From Lingula anatina (taxonomy: Eukaryota > Animalia > Brachiopoda), in assembly GCA_051362555.1 (NCBI GenBank), contig CM120640.1, positions 28,978,503 to 29,042,502 of the forward strand: a DNA stretch of 64,000 nt, in the 5' to 3' direction. Positions within the stretch are counted from its first letter, which is position 1. The number at the start of each line of letters is the position of its first letter. Below, in pieces: positions 48,701 to 59,686 of this stretch. A program made the position numbers and the translations under genes. The notes below the pieces were generated by a model. The model saw nothing but the letters and a program-made list of their open reading frames with translations. It did no database searches and had not been told where the DNA came from.

Positions 48701-49293
48701 CCCTTCCTTGGTGGGCAATATTGTTGATCATTCTAGCAATATTTCTCTTGATTCTTCTGATTGTATCCCTACTACTCTGTCTACTGTGCTGCAAAAAGAA
48801 AAAGCGAGATCGTGTACAAAAACGCACATTTGTCCACCAAGTATCACCTGATGGGAGAACTACCACGGTGGAATACGTTTCACCGGTTACGTCAAGGCCG
48901 CCGTCACGTGTCACCAGCACTCCTATTCCTTTTTACTCTCACACCATGCCTAACATGGACAAACATAAAAAACGAAAGAACGGCCATGCCGGCTCGCACA
49001 AGAGCTCGCCTGCTGTGTATAAAAAGGGATATGGCAACGTAGCATACAGAGACAGCACTTTAGGAAGCCCGAGCTCCGAAAGGGCCATGATTTACCACAT
49101 CCCTGACGGTGTTCAAACTGTAAGAAATTCGGTTCCTTCCAGATCTGGAAGCTTTTCGGACTACGGAAGCGGTTACAGTACCTATCATAGCGGTGACCGA
49201 CGAGCAGACGATCGTCGACATTACGGTAGCCATGGCAACCTATACTACCCTCGTCACCATGACAACAGTCCACATAGAGATATGCGACTTTGA
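45790..49293 (+). CDS. MOLO-1/TPM-like type I membrane protein with long cytoplasmic tail, paralogue E (~447 aa); exons 45790-46126, 47179-47311, 47813-47927, 48226-48362, 48672-49293
   Basis: Signal/pro region ending RFRR; WTLQEIANPSTDPEGCGRTAPGWVCDPGGVL; MDQHINGIMRDSLCPC...GYSISVAIVPKM; WASELVQTKWNFGSCDNDVVIFWSKEDRQLYSSAG; IYSEARPLFDGGNYAKG. TM PWWAILLIIL...LLCLLCCKKKK precedes a Ser/Tyr/Arg-rich tail. A splice acceptor at ~45770 implies an upstream exon. Confidence 0.85.
47556..47722. mobile_element. Second copy of the CAGGCCCGT MITE, 5-bp TSD (GACAA)
   Basis: caggcccgttgccag ... ctggctacgggcctg, flanked by gacaa on both sides. The internal sequence is the reverse complement of 16196-16362. 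Confidence 0.8.
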
Positions 49294-51985
49294 CAGCAAA
49301 GCCACAAATACCTTTCAAGTAATTGGATACAGCATTCGCATGCTACAACTGATTGAAATTTATCAGTGAGATAGCCTATGAAAATGGCATTCTTTAAGAA
49401 AACCGGGGAAGACAAAGGGAAGAGGAGGATGAAGTTTTAGAATGCCAAGAAAGGAACCACCGAGTTTTTTGTAACGTACTGTAAGAGTACATAATCTTTG
49501 GGCCCTTCGCTACTGAGGGGTATGACTTTAGCAAAATAATAATTTATCTTTGATTGATGTACAATAAACTTGAAACGTACAATTTCCAATATTAAGACAT
49601 TGCATGGGAGAATACATTGACTCACTGATTATGTGATGACACGTGCCATACCGTGTAAATTATAGAAATCCCAACTGAAAAGGAATGATTTAATGTTGAA
49701 GTCATTTACATAAGGTCTTGTGATACATGTATTTATATAAAGGTTATCAACAGCGTACAAATGTATATATAACTTGTATAAAAATTCATGAAACCATATG
49801 GGATAACGTTTTTTAAGGTGCATGTATGGTTGTATGGAGTGGTGAAGATAATACACGGTAGAAAAAGGACGCCTTGCCCTATAGTACTGAATGACGATTA
49901 ATGGGTGTGGGTGTGTGTGTGTGTGCGTGTGCGCGCACGCAATGACCCGGATGTCTGTTCTCTTTTACTTGTAACATATGCCACGGTTTACGAGAAAATA
50001 CAGGACCCACATTTTCTACCATTGCGCCGAAAATTTATCTTAGCCTTTTATATTTACATTTAAAACCTTTTCCCCTTGAAGCTACACCAGAAGAACATAC
50101 ATTTAAATAATAATAATTAATAATAATTATGTACCTTTCTTTCTAAATTTAATGAATGTCAAGGCTGATGCACGAATCGCGCAATGCGTGACAAAAACTG
50201 TCATAAGGCAATCTATAGGTCACGATTAACTGATGTATTGTGTATTCTCTACATTCTGTAACTCTCTTCTTCAAAACATCGCGAAAGAATGCTCGTACTA
50301 CATAATTTACCGGACACCTGGACATTTTCATCATACGCACGTAATACTGGTCTATACATGTAATTCATGTACATACACATATTTTTCAGTTGGGACATTT
50401 TAAAGCCTTGAATGATTATCGTCATTCTAAATAGCTTTTTGAAATAAAATGTGGTAGAGAAAATATAAGTTTTTTTATTTGAATAGTGATTCCCTTCATT
50501 GACGAATTCTGAAATAAATATATGTATTTATCTAATTGGCTAGACTTAATTCATTTATTTATTCATTTATGTATTCTTCATAGCGTTTACCAGCTAGTTA
50601 GATGTTTTAATTAGCAAAAAAGGAAGATGTTTTTCTCAAACGGAAACGATTTTGTGAATGGCTAGCTATAATATGACTTGAATATTCTAAATGTATGAAA
50701 AAATCGACTTCAGTTGTTGTAAATAGAAACTTAAAATATTGAAATCCATGTACGAAGGCTCAAGACGGCGTTAGGTTGCAAAAAAAAAAAAAAAAAAAAC
50801 TTTCATTTCAAAAGAATACTCAAAATAATGAATAATCCAGAAAACGCGTTTGGGTGCACTATTTCGAAGGTAAGTGCAACGTAAAGTCAACATATGGCGA
50901 TGAGGAGAATTTTCTGAAAATGCATTAAAAACACTTTTGAGTATTTTGAGCCGTTAACTTAACCTTTGATAAATCATGAAATGCATTTGGTTTTTTGATA
51001 GTACGAGCGTATATCCCATCTACAGCAACTGAAACTTGCGCCTGCCACTTCATAAAATCATAATACTCACATTCAAGGGGGCTTGGTATATCATAAATGC
51101 CTACATTTGGCAAATAGCTTTTTCCTCTATCTTTTATGTAAAATACTGACTTCAATATTAGTTCAGAATGTAGTCTTCTAATGCTTTTAACGGACTAAGT
51201 TTCGTTTTAAAAGAAGCCAAAGAGGATATTATTTTAAATGTTTATTTGATCTCATTTATCCAGGTTTTAGAGTTTTAGAGTATGGATTAATTTTAGAGTA
51301 GAATGCCGTATCAAACGCGCAGCTTTTACATATTTAAGACTCAAGCCTCTATTCTACTTGCGACGTTGTGTATCTTACGTGTAATACAGAAACGAACTTG
51401 CGGTTATAAAATATGCAGTGAATCATATCAAGGGGAGGTTTCGACAGCTTGTATCCGCTTTACTTCAATTGCTTCAATTCAATATGTAAGAATATAGCTG
51501 CAACGCACTGTACGCAATATATGAAAGTTGAAGTGGTCTTTCTAACTGTTCCCCTGACTGTCATTCTTTGATTCAGTTTCAGATGAGCGAAATAATTGAA
51601 CGATTTTAACCAAAATACAACGCATTAAACCCACAATGTCGGGTGGATTCATATATACTCTTCCCTTAAAAATTGATAGCCCCGGCATGTTAATAAAATA
51701 TGCAAAAATCAAATCGTCTAATCTTTCTCTCTCTTCATACGCACCCACAACAATGTACAAGTATACAATGTCCTCTTATTAAATTCAATTTTGACAAAAA
51801 TTTCACATATGAAACACTTTTCACAAATGAAACACATTTCAAACGATTAAAATAATTTACTGAAGCACCCGCGGTTACGAATCCGTACTTGCACAAACAG
51901 TTCAAACGGAAAACAGATTTCCTGAACTACTTTTAAGTCCAAGTAATTTTTCATGGAATAAAATTTGAGTTTTATGCATTTCTCT

Positions 51986-53344
51986 TTAAAAGTTCAAATC
52001 AGTGGGTAATCTACAATCTGTTTTATCGGTAGTTGAACCATAAAACCAGTTCAACATGTCATCGGAGGAGTATGTTTTGGGAGGTTCATTTGGATCGTTC
52101 AGTTTCCTGCACAGCTCGCACCAGTCGATGCCGGTCGGCTCCTCGAACGTGTACTCGTTCCGCCAGTTCAAATAGCTCACGTATTTCTCGGGGTCTTTAT
52201 CTAACATTAACAAATATTCAGCAAGTTCTTTTGGAGATTTAAAGTCCGCTGTGTTGATGTGCCATTCCGGTTTGATCCCTAGCCGTGAGTAGTCGGCACC
52301 CCCGCGGCTAATAATCACTGTGTCATACAATACGCTACGGTACCACTTTTCAGTCACGTAATCAGTGGAAAAACTGTTCTCAAACGCCAGGTAAAATTTA
52401 TAGTTTGCATCAATATTTCCGAAACATTTGTCGTTGTTACCGCACTCTTCTCCGCACTGACCAAATATGTCGACTGGAATATACTTTTGGAGTTCTTTAA
52501 CATAGTCTTCTCGGCGGCTCCAGGTTTCGCAATGACTTACCGCCCAAGCCACCATCTTCTGCTTGGATTTTGCTTTCGACAAGAAGTCTTTATTCTGAGG
52601 CACAGTTCTCTTTACAGGAACGCCAAACGGCCGAGGTATGTCGGAATCGGTCCTGAACGTCATCGTCCAATTGAAAAGGCCAAGGAAATCCCTTGCTTCT
52701 TTTGTTTTGGGAAAATGGCTCTGACAAGGAGATTCCCTTGTGTAAAATATCCAACGTTGTTCCGCGGGTCTTACTTTTGGCAGTCTATCTCTGGCTACTG
52801 GAGCATGAAGAGGGAAATTAAAATATCGAACAAATGCTGGGGCTAGAAGAATTACAGCATCACTTTTTGGTGCCAACCATTTCTCTTCCGTAGCTATACA
52901 GTTCTTCACGGGACAACCTTGAAAAACTGTTTTGATGTCATGTTCCTCGCTATAGTAATGTCTACATTTGTGATTGAAAAGCAGAATCAATTTCTCCCCA
53001 TTTGGTCTCTCTGGAATGGGCACTGGCTGAGGCAGGTCCTCGTCCTCAAAAGTGCATTTCAGCCAACCTCGAGATTGGGGAGCATATTTCTGAAGTTTGG
53101 GTCGACTTACATTGTTTTTTTTAACAGTACCGGCCTGTGAAGCAGCTGCTGGGACGCTTGCTGTTGGAGGAAATGGCATTTGATCCATATCTACATCCGA
53201 TTCCATTATCTGTGTCTGTATAACTGTATGGTTAAAATGTTTGGTGAGCAAAAACAAGATGAAACAAGGCCCCAGAATGGCAAAGAGTCTTGGGAGGGCG
53301 CGCTGCCTCCGCCAAAGCTGCATCATTTTGATCCTTATATTCAT
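51986..53344 (-). CDS. Alpha-(1,3)-fucosyltransferase, GT10 family (FucTC/FUT7-like), ~452 aa, single coding exon
   Basis: Type II TM anchor (LFAILGPCFILFLL), QRWIFYTRESP, FNWTMTFRTDSDI, WAVSHC...REDYVKELQKYIPVDIFGQCG, and the GT10 motif YKFYLAFENSFSTDYVTEKW...G.DY...INTADFKSPKELAEYL, ending WCELC. The start is placed at the first Met after a splice acceptor at ~53385. Confidence 0.93.
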   Translation of the reverse strand: MNIRIKMMQLWRRQRALPRLFAILGPCFILFLLTKHFNHTVIQTQIMESDVDMDQMPFPPTASVPAAASQAGTVKKNNVSRPKLQKYAPQSRGWLKCTFEDEDLPQPVPIPERPNGEKLILLFNHKCRHYYSEEHDIKTVFQGCPVKNCIATEEKWLAPKSDAVILLAPAFVRYFNFPLHAPVARDRLPKVRPAEQRWIFYTRESPCQSHFPKTKEARDFLGLFNWTMTFRTDSDIPRPFGVPVKRTVPQNKDFLSKAKSKQKMVAWAVSHCETWSRREDYVKELQKYIPVDIFGQCGEECGNNDKCFGNIDANYKFYLAFENSFSTDYVTEKWYRSVLYDTVIISRGGADYSRLGIKPEWHINTADFKSPKELAEYLLMLDKDPEKYVSYLNWRNEYTFEEPTGIDWCELCRKLNDPNEPPKTYSSDDMLNWFYGSTTDKTDCRLPTDLNF

Positions 53345-54382
53345 CTGCCCAGTAAGGAACTCGTGACCGGTTCGCGGTGCTCTCTGAAAATATAAATAGA
53401 TGCCAAAAGCCTCTGAAGTTCCTTTAATTTCGTCGACACGCATGCAAACCTTGCGAAGGAAGGGACCCGCATAGGGTGTATATAATTCATGTGTCATACT
53501 TTCAAACGTGTGTATGTATATAAATGCATCTTAAAATGTTAAGGAGACCGATATTTTGAGTAGTATAGGTAAATTTAGCAATATTTTAAAGACGGTAAAA
53601 ATACGCCAAGTCAAGTCAAGCAGAAGCACCCTTGAAATACTTAGAGGTAAAGTGACAAAGAGAAACGTCAAAAATCGGAATCTTGTGCTATCGACATCAA
53701 TTATGAATTAATATGGCAATTTGTCGACTCAATCGTGCACGGAATGGATAAACCTGCACAGCAAGGCTAACAAATATGCATACAAAAGATATAACTGACA
53801 ATGGATGCACATTTTTGCGTTAAGAAAAGTCTAGAACTTAAGAACATTAAATTTTATTCTAAAATTCCCATTCATAATTCTGCTGGTCCATCGCCATTCA
53901 GTTTAATTTTTTCAATGAAAAAATTACAGTTATGTCGTTGAAACATATTACATAGAATGTCAAATGAACAAACTATATTTAAGCCTCTGAACTTAACAAA
54001 AATTAAGGCTAAACGCGTGTACGGGGATATTGAGGTAATATATGAATTTATTGTCGTTTAACGAGTCAACGTAAATGTGTTAGAGAAGCAAGCAAGGGTG
54101 GGGAATTTGAGATGCGCAGATTGCGTATTGCGCATTAGAATAAAAGGAATAGCGAGACAAGTAGTTTTCATTCGAGACTGTTTCAGCCGTCTTTGTCGGA
54201 CTGGTGAAGTAAATGGCAAATGTGTCAAAAAGGAGGCAGGCGTCTGATTCGGATAGTGAAGATTCTGTAGACGAACGACAGAGAAGAGATTTTGTAGATT
54301 TGGTGGTACACGAAAAGAAGAGGGTGCCAAAGGGACACCAAAAAGGACAGGTGATGTAAATGAAAACAGCTCAGTCGGTAAT

Positions 54383-56547
54383 ATGGCAGACACGTTTTCG
54401 TGGTTTAAAATCTATATGGACAAACAGTTAAAACAGTTGAAAAGAGAACTCGCTGAAGAAAGTCAAAGCCGAAGCAAAAAGTTCAAGACAGTATAGCAAA
54501 AATTTTAATTAACGGGAAATCAAAAACAGTTCGAAATAGATACCGAAGTAATTGAAAATATGCAAAAAGCAGATGTGTTAATTAAGGAAGGGCAGGTGAA
54601 AGAGGTCCGTAAGGTACTGAAAGAAAGCATTGGCATTTTACAAAAGCGAAATAAACTCATAAAAATAGCAGACAAGTCAGAAGCAGGTTGGTAAGCGGTA
54701 AAAGGAATTATACTGCACGAGTCAATTTTGCAGGTGTATCTGACAGAGGATATTTTCTTTTTCGAAGAAAAAGATTACCAATATAAAACGACCAGTGATT
54801 TGCCTGTGGGCAATATGGCCATTGGAAGGAGTTTTGCCCAAACATTTACCAAACACAGGGTACAGTGCCTCCACGTGGAAGAACACACGGACACACAATC
54901 AGGGCAAGCGAAGCTAGGAAGCAAGGAAGCGGGTGATAACAAAACTAATAGAAGCAAGACGAGCAAATCAAAATTGCAAGATAAGTATTAGATCGATAAT
55001 AATTTGAGAGATTCGGATAGGTTGAAGGATTACCAACAAAACATTAATGTTAAAGGGAGACTTAAGAGAAACTACCAGTTCTGGGAAAGCATACAGGCTT
55101 ATAACTATATTTTAGACGTATTCAAAATGGATATGTCATTCCATTTATTCAGACACCGCCGAATTCGGTTACCAAGAATAATAAATCGTCTCTCGAAAAC
55201 ACAGAATTTATCATCAAAGACATTTTAAAATCTGGCAGAATTCGAGAAGTGAAAGAAACTCCAAAGTTGATGTATCCGTTAACGGTTACCTCTAACGGCA
55301 AAAAGAAACGTTTAGTACTCGATTTTTAGACACGTGAATCCATACATTTGGAAAGAGAAAATAAAATTTAAAGACGCGAGCGAGGCTCTACAATATGTTA
55401 AATTGGGAAGGTAGAAGTTTCAGTTTGATTTGAAAGATGGTTATTATCACATAGATTTTTGGGAATCACAGTAAGAATTTTTGGGTTTTTTCTTGGTGTA
55501 TGAACGGTCAAATAAAATCCTATGTTGATACAGTGCTTCCTTTTGGAATTTCGTCAGCAGGTTACATATATTCAATAAAGTTTTGAGATGTTTAGTGAAA
55601 CATTGGCGATCAAAACATATAACAATTATTATGTGTCTGGATGATGGTTTGGGATTTAGCGAAAATTAATAGCCTTGTGGAAATTTTACGAATCTAGTCA
55701 GACACGATTTAATTAAATCTGCTTTCGTTGTAAATGAAGTCAAAAGTATATGAGACCAACACAGAAGTTGAACTGATTGGGATTACATTGGGATTTGGAA
55801 AAAGGAATTCTTTAAATAATTGACAAAACAGTTGCAGATTTAAAAGTTGATATAATGGAAAATATATCAAAAATATCTGCTCGAAGTTTAGCTAGAGTTA
55901 CGAGAAAAATTATATCTTTACATATAGTATTAGGTGATGAAACGAATATGATGACTAGAAATTTGCATCAAGTCATAAATGGCAGGAAAATTAGGATGGT
56001 CTCGATGATTTGCAAGACACATTAAATATGCTGAATGAATTAAAATGTTGGTTATCTGACATAGACAGACTATTTAAATCGCAGAGCCATGTTCGTGGAA
56101 GATGTACCAAAAATACTGGGTTTTTCAGATGCATGCGATACGCACACGGAGGTTATTTGGTTCGATGCAATTTTGAGATTTGTCACAAAATGTGGTCCGA
56201 TAGTAAGAAAAAGCAGAGCTCAACATGGAGAGAATGAAAGGCGTTACTTATTTCATTGCAGTCATTTACGAAATTTATTAAAAGTTGCAAAATCGGGTGG
56301 TTGACAGATAATCAAAACATTGTGAGAATAGTACAAACTGGATCGATGAAAGTGCAGTTGTAAACACTGGCATTAAAATTTTTCAATTTTGTGTAGAAAA
56401 TAATATTATTTTGCAAATAAAATCGATTCCAAGGACAAAAAACGAAAAAGCGGATTATATAAGTAAAATTATAGACAGACGTTTGTGAAGTTAAGAAAAA
56501 ATTCTCTAATTTTATGAATAAAAAATGGGGCACATATACAATAGATA
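54383..56547 (+). pseudogene. Frameshifted gag / reverse transcriptase / RNase H remnants of the DIRS-like element
   Basis: Fragments read across frames: RNKLIKIADKSEAGW and CGQYGHWKEFC (gag/zinc knuckle); VKGRLK...FW, KKRLVLD, FDLKDGYYHI, VLPFGISSA and CLDDG (RT); FSDA, SSTWRE, TDNQNIVRIV.TGS and IPRTKNEKADYISK (RNase H); WGTYTID (start of a methyltransferase-like domain). Many stops and frameshifts. Confidence 0.85.
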
Positions 56548-57304
56548 AGGCTGCGTTCACATGAAAAATCTATTTTCTAAAAATCTAAAAATCTGTTTGC
56601 GGTATCTTGTGATCGCGGCCTGTGCCCTGAACACCCCAGTTACTTCCGAAGCTGTAATTAATTCTTGGCGCCGCAAGCAAAGTGGACAGAGCAACAGCGG
56701 TTGCATATAGAAAAATGTAATTGATTGTCTCTCGATGTCGTATATTAGTATTTAATAAGCACTTCGCTAGACCCAGGAAAATGACCAGTTCCGGTTCAGT
56801 CAAATCACAATATTTAAGTCGAAGGTCGAGAATCAGTATTTCTAATAATTAAGTAAATGTTAAATCAAAATTTCTATCCATGACGTGAGGTGTGAACCTC
56901 CTGTCGCCCTAATTTTTTTTTTTTTTTTATAAAAATGCAGCGTTTTGTCGCATTCAGGGTGTTCAGCGTGTCGGGCAAAATAGAAGCGTATCCGAGCCAT
57001 AGAAAGGAGAGACTGAGGGAGAGGCATCGTGATCACATCTTCAACTCGATGTCTCTAAATATGGGAAAAATGTTAATCAGATTCATAATTCGTGTTCATT
57101 TTCAATTTGTTATTAAGGTAAGTATTTTTTTTCAGGTGGTAAGTATACATGTACATCTTAAGAATAAAATTATTTTTTATGGTTGTCGTTTTTTAACTAA
57201 AATCGAATAAAATTGCCCGTTCTTCGTGGTCGACGCAGACAGGTATGCAACAGCTTATAGCAAGGGTTGACAAAATAAAATTATTTGAATTTGATGTGGT
57301 GGTT

Positions 57305-57344
<40 letters not shown>

Positions 57345-57746
57345 GAGTTATTAGACAATAAATGATTTATATGCTATTAAATGAAACGAATAGGAATATG
57401 AATGAATTTATTGTCATTTAACGAGTCAACGAAAATGTGTTAGAGAAGCAAGTCGGGTGAGGAAATGAGTTCATTGCGCAGTAGTATCGCGAAACGAGTA
57501 GTTTTCATTCGAGACTGTTTCAGCCGTCTGCGTCGGACCGGTGAAGTAAATCGCAAATATGTGACAAAAGATTTTTTTAAATAGTATCGATAGCATACGC
57601 AGAGATTATAAGCCGGTCAGAAAAGTAATGCATATAAGAGAAGGTATAGGAGGGGCCAGTTGCCATAAGTAGGTGTATTGAAAAGGGTAGGGGCCTATAC
57701 GTTTTGTAGTATTCATGATTTACTAAGTGAAATTTCAACAGTGTAA

Positions 57747-57983
57747 AGCCTAGGTCCCAACCGAGCGTACGGGCTGCTACGTGTGGTTTACGGCCACAAA
57801 TGGGGAAAATGTGGGAGTTCGTGCGTAAGGAGCACGTCCATCGTGCGATTTTTGGAGGACGCAAACAGCACGTAGAAACTTTTTGTCATGATCAACAACC
57901 GCTACGCTGCAATCTAGCTACGTCCTAGCCGGACGCAAGGAACCTAAAAACCGTGCGTCCAAAACGTAGTTGGGACCTAGGCT
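57747..57983. mobile_element. PIF/Harbinger-type MITE (TAA TSD) nested in the retrotransposon 3' region
   Basis: TAA-agcctaggtcccaac ... gttgggacctaggct-TAA. Confidence 0.72.
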
Positions 57984-59427
57984 TAAAAGGTGCAAGCGGG
58001 ATGTAAGTAACAAAGAAGAGGTGGTAGTAGTGATAAGCCTGTAGAAGGCGATAGTTTCTGATGTACAGTTAATTCGTGGTATGTACGCATTTGGTAATAC
58101 AGATAAGAATGCAACCGTTAAAATGGTTGGAAAGATTTTATTGAATTGTATAAAAGGTGGTTAAAAATTTAATGTGTACAACAAAGAAAATAGATGTATT
58201 GGTTAGGAGAAGTTGGTAGATGGTTATAGTTTGAGAGTTTGTGAAGTACAGTTAACGCGTGGTACGTACGCATTTTGCGACGCAGACAGGCATGCTCATA
58301 GCAAGGGTTAACGAAATAGAATGATCTGAATTTGATGTGGTGGTTGGTTTTTTCGTTGCGAGTTATTAGACAATAAATTATTTATATGCGATTAATTGAA
58401 AAGATAAGAATACAAATGTAGATACCCTGTAGATAACGTTTCAGACTACATGTTTAATATACAAAATAAACACTTTAGATTTGGAACTGAAGATGTGAAG
58501 TTGTTGTTATATTCCCTCTCCGATGCCTCAGTGACGAGCGATATTTTAGAAAGAACCTGGTTAGGGAGTATCATGGACCCCTACAGAATGTCTCTCTGTC
58601 AGGGTGGCTATATCAGAACTTTTCTAACCGACTCATCAGCTGCAAACATAAAAAAAATCTTTGCCAGTAGAGCTATTGGCATGTTAATAGCAGTAGATTT
58701 GTTGACTTCTTCGATTTTTAGAAATATATGGGTTGTATATAGTTTGTATAAAACAGAAAATAAATGTGTGTGCGTTCTTTTGTTACATTTATAGGCCCAC
58801 TGAGACACCCTGTATTTTTGCGTATACGTGCGTGACATCGTGCGTAAACATCACCGCAACGCCTATGTTATGCTTTAAACTTAATTCATAATTTAACAAA
58901 AAATACACCGATTGTTGCTTTGTTTTGTGCTCGTGCACACACAAGTACGTTCACTTAACATTTTCTTGGTGGAGCGGTACGAAGAATTTGTGCGTAAAAT
59001 ATGCAGCAAATGAATTAACTTTGGGTTCTTAACAATACCATTTTATATTACCAGTATGAGAATTTCTCAACGTGCTCGACATTTCTCGCCGGTGATCTGC
59101 AATAATCCACATATATGGCGTGTGCTAAATAGCAGAGTTTGTAAAAAATCTAATGATTTTTTGTATACGACTCGGTCAGTGGCTCGTTGTCATACATATA
59201 GAACTCTACAAAAGATCGTATATTTGATCATTGAAAGTGCCGAGAAACCAGACAATATCGACAATGGCGGATCCAGGAGTTGGTCACAAGGACGAAAAAA
59301 CAGTAGACAAGACCACCTACCATAAAATGTACAATGATTAGGAAATTCCACGGTTTTTGTATCGTTTTGCTCGGTGCATGGTCTTTTAAAAGGTAGAAGA
59401 GGATATCTAAAACCTAACAGGGCATAC

Positions 59428-59686
59428 CAGGGACGGATCCAGGATTATTTGAAGGGGGGGGGGGTCCGCGGATGCGAAGCCGACCCCCCCCCCCCAACTT
59501 GGCGTAGGGTTCGGGGCCCTCTGAAGGGCCACGAAAAAATTTGGTATTTAGGAGGGCGAACGGTGCCATGTGGTACGGTTTAGAACTATGATTCAGCTAG
59601 TCGAAATTCTAATTTCAAGAGTGGACCAGAAATCGAATGGGGGGGGGGGGTCAGGACCCCCTGACCCCCCTCTAAATCCACCACTG
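59428..59686. mobile_element. MITE-like element related to 25437-25601
   Basis: cagggacggatccagga ... ctaaatccaccactg with poly-G/poly-C tracts. Confidence 0.6.

Larger units (their letters stand above)
54042..58412 (+). mobile_element. Decayed DIRS-group (PAT/Ngaro-like) tyrosine-recombinase retrotransposon with split direct repeats
   Basis: Repeat A lies at 54042-54232 and 57402-57570; repeat B lies at 57231-57398 and 58278-58412 (order A1-coding-B1A2-B2). Gag, RT and RNase H remnants lie between A1 and B1. Confidence 0.8.

Noticed and set aside
53345-53497. N-terminal extension of the 503-aa fucosyltransferase ORF
   Set aside because: It crosses a polypyrimidine/AG acceptor at ~53385 and is probably intron. 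The downstream Met gives a normal type II topology.
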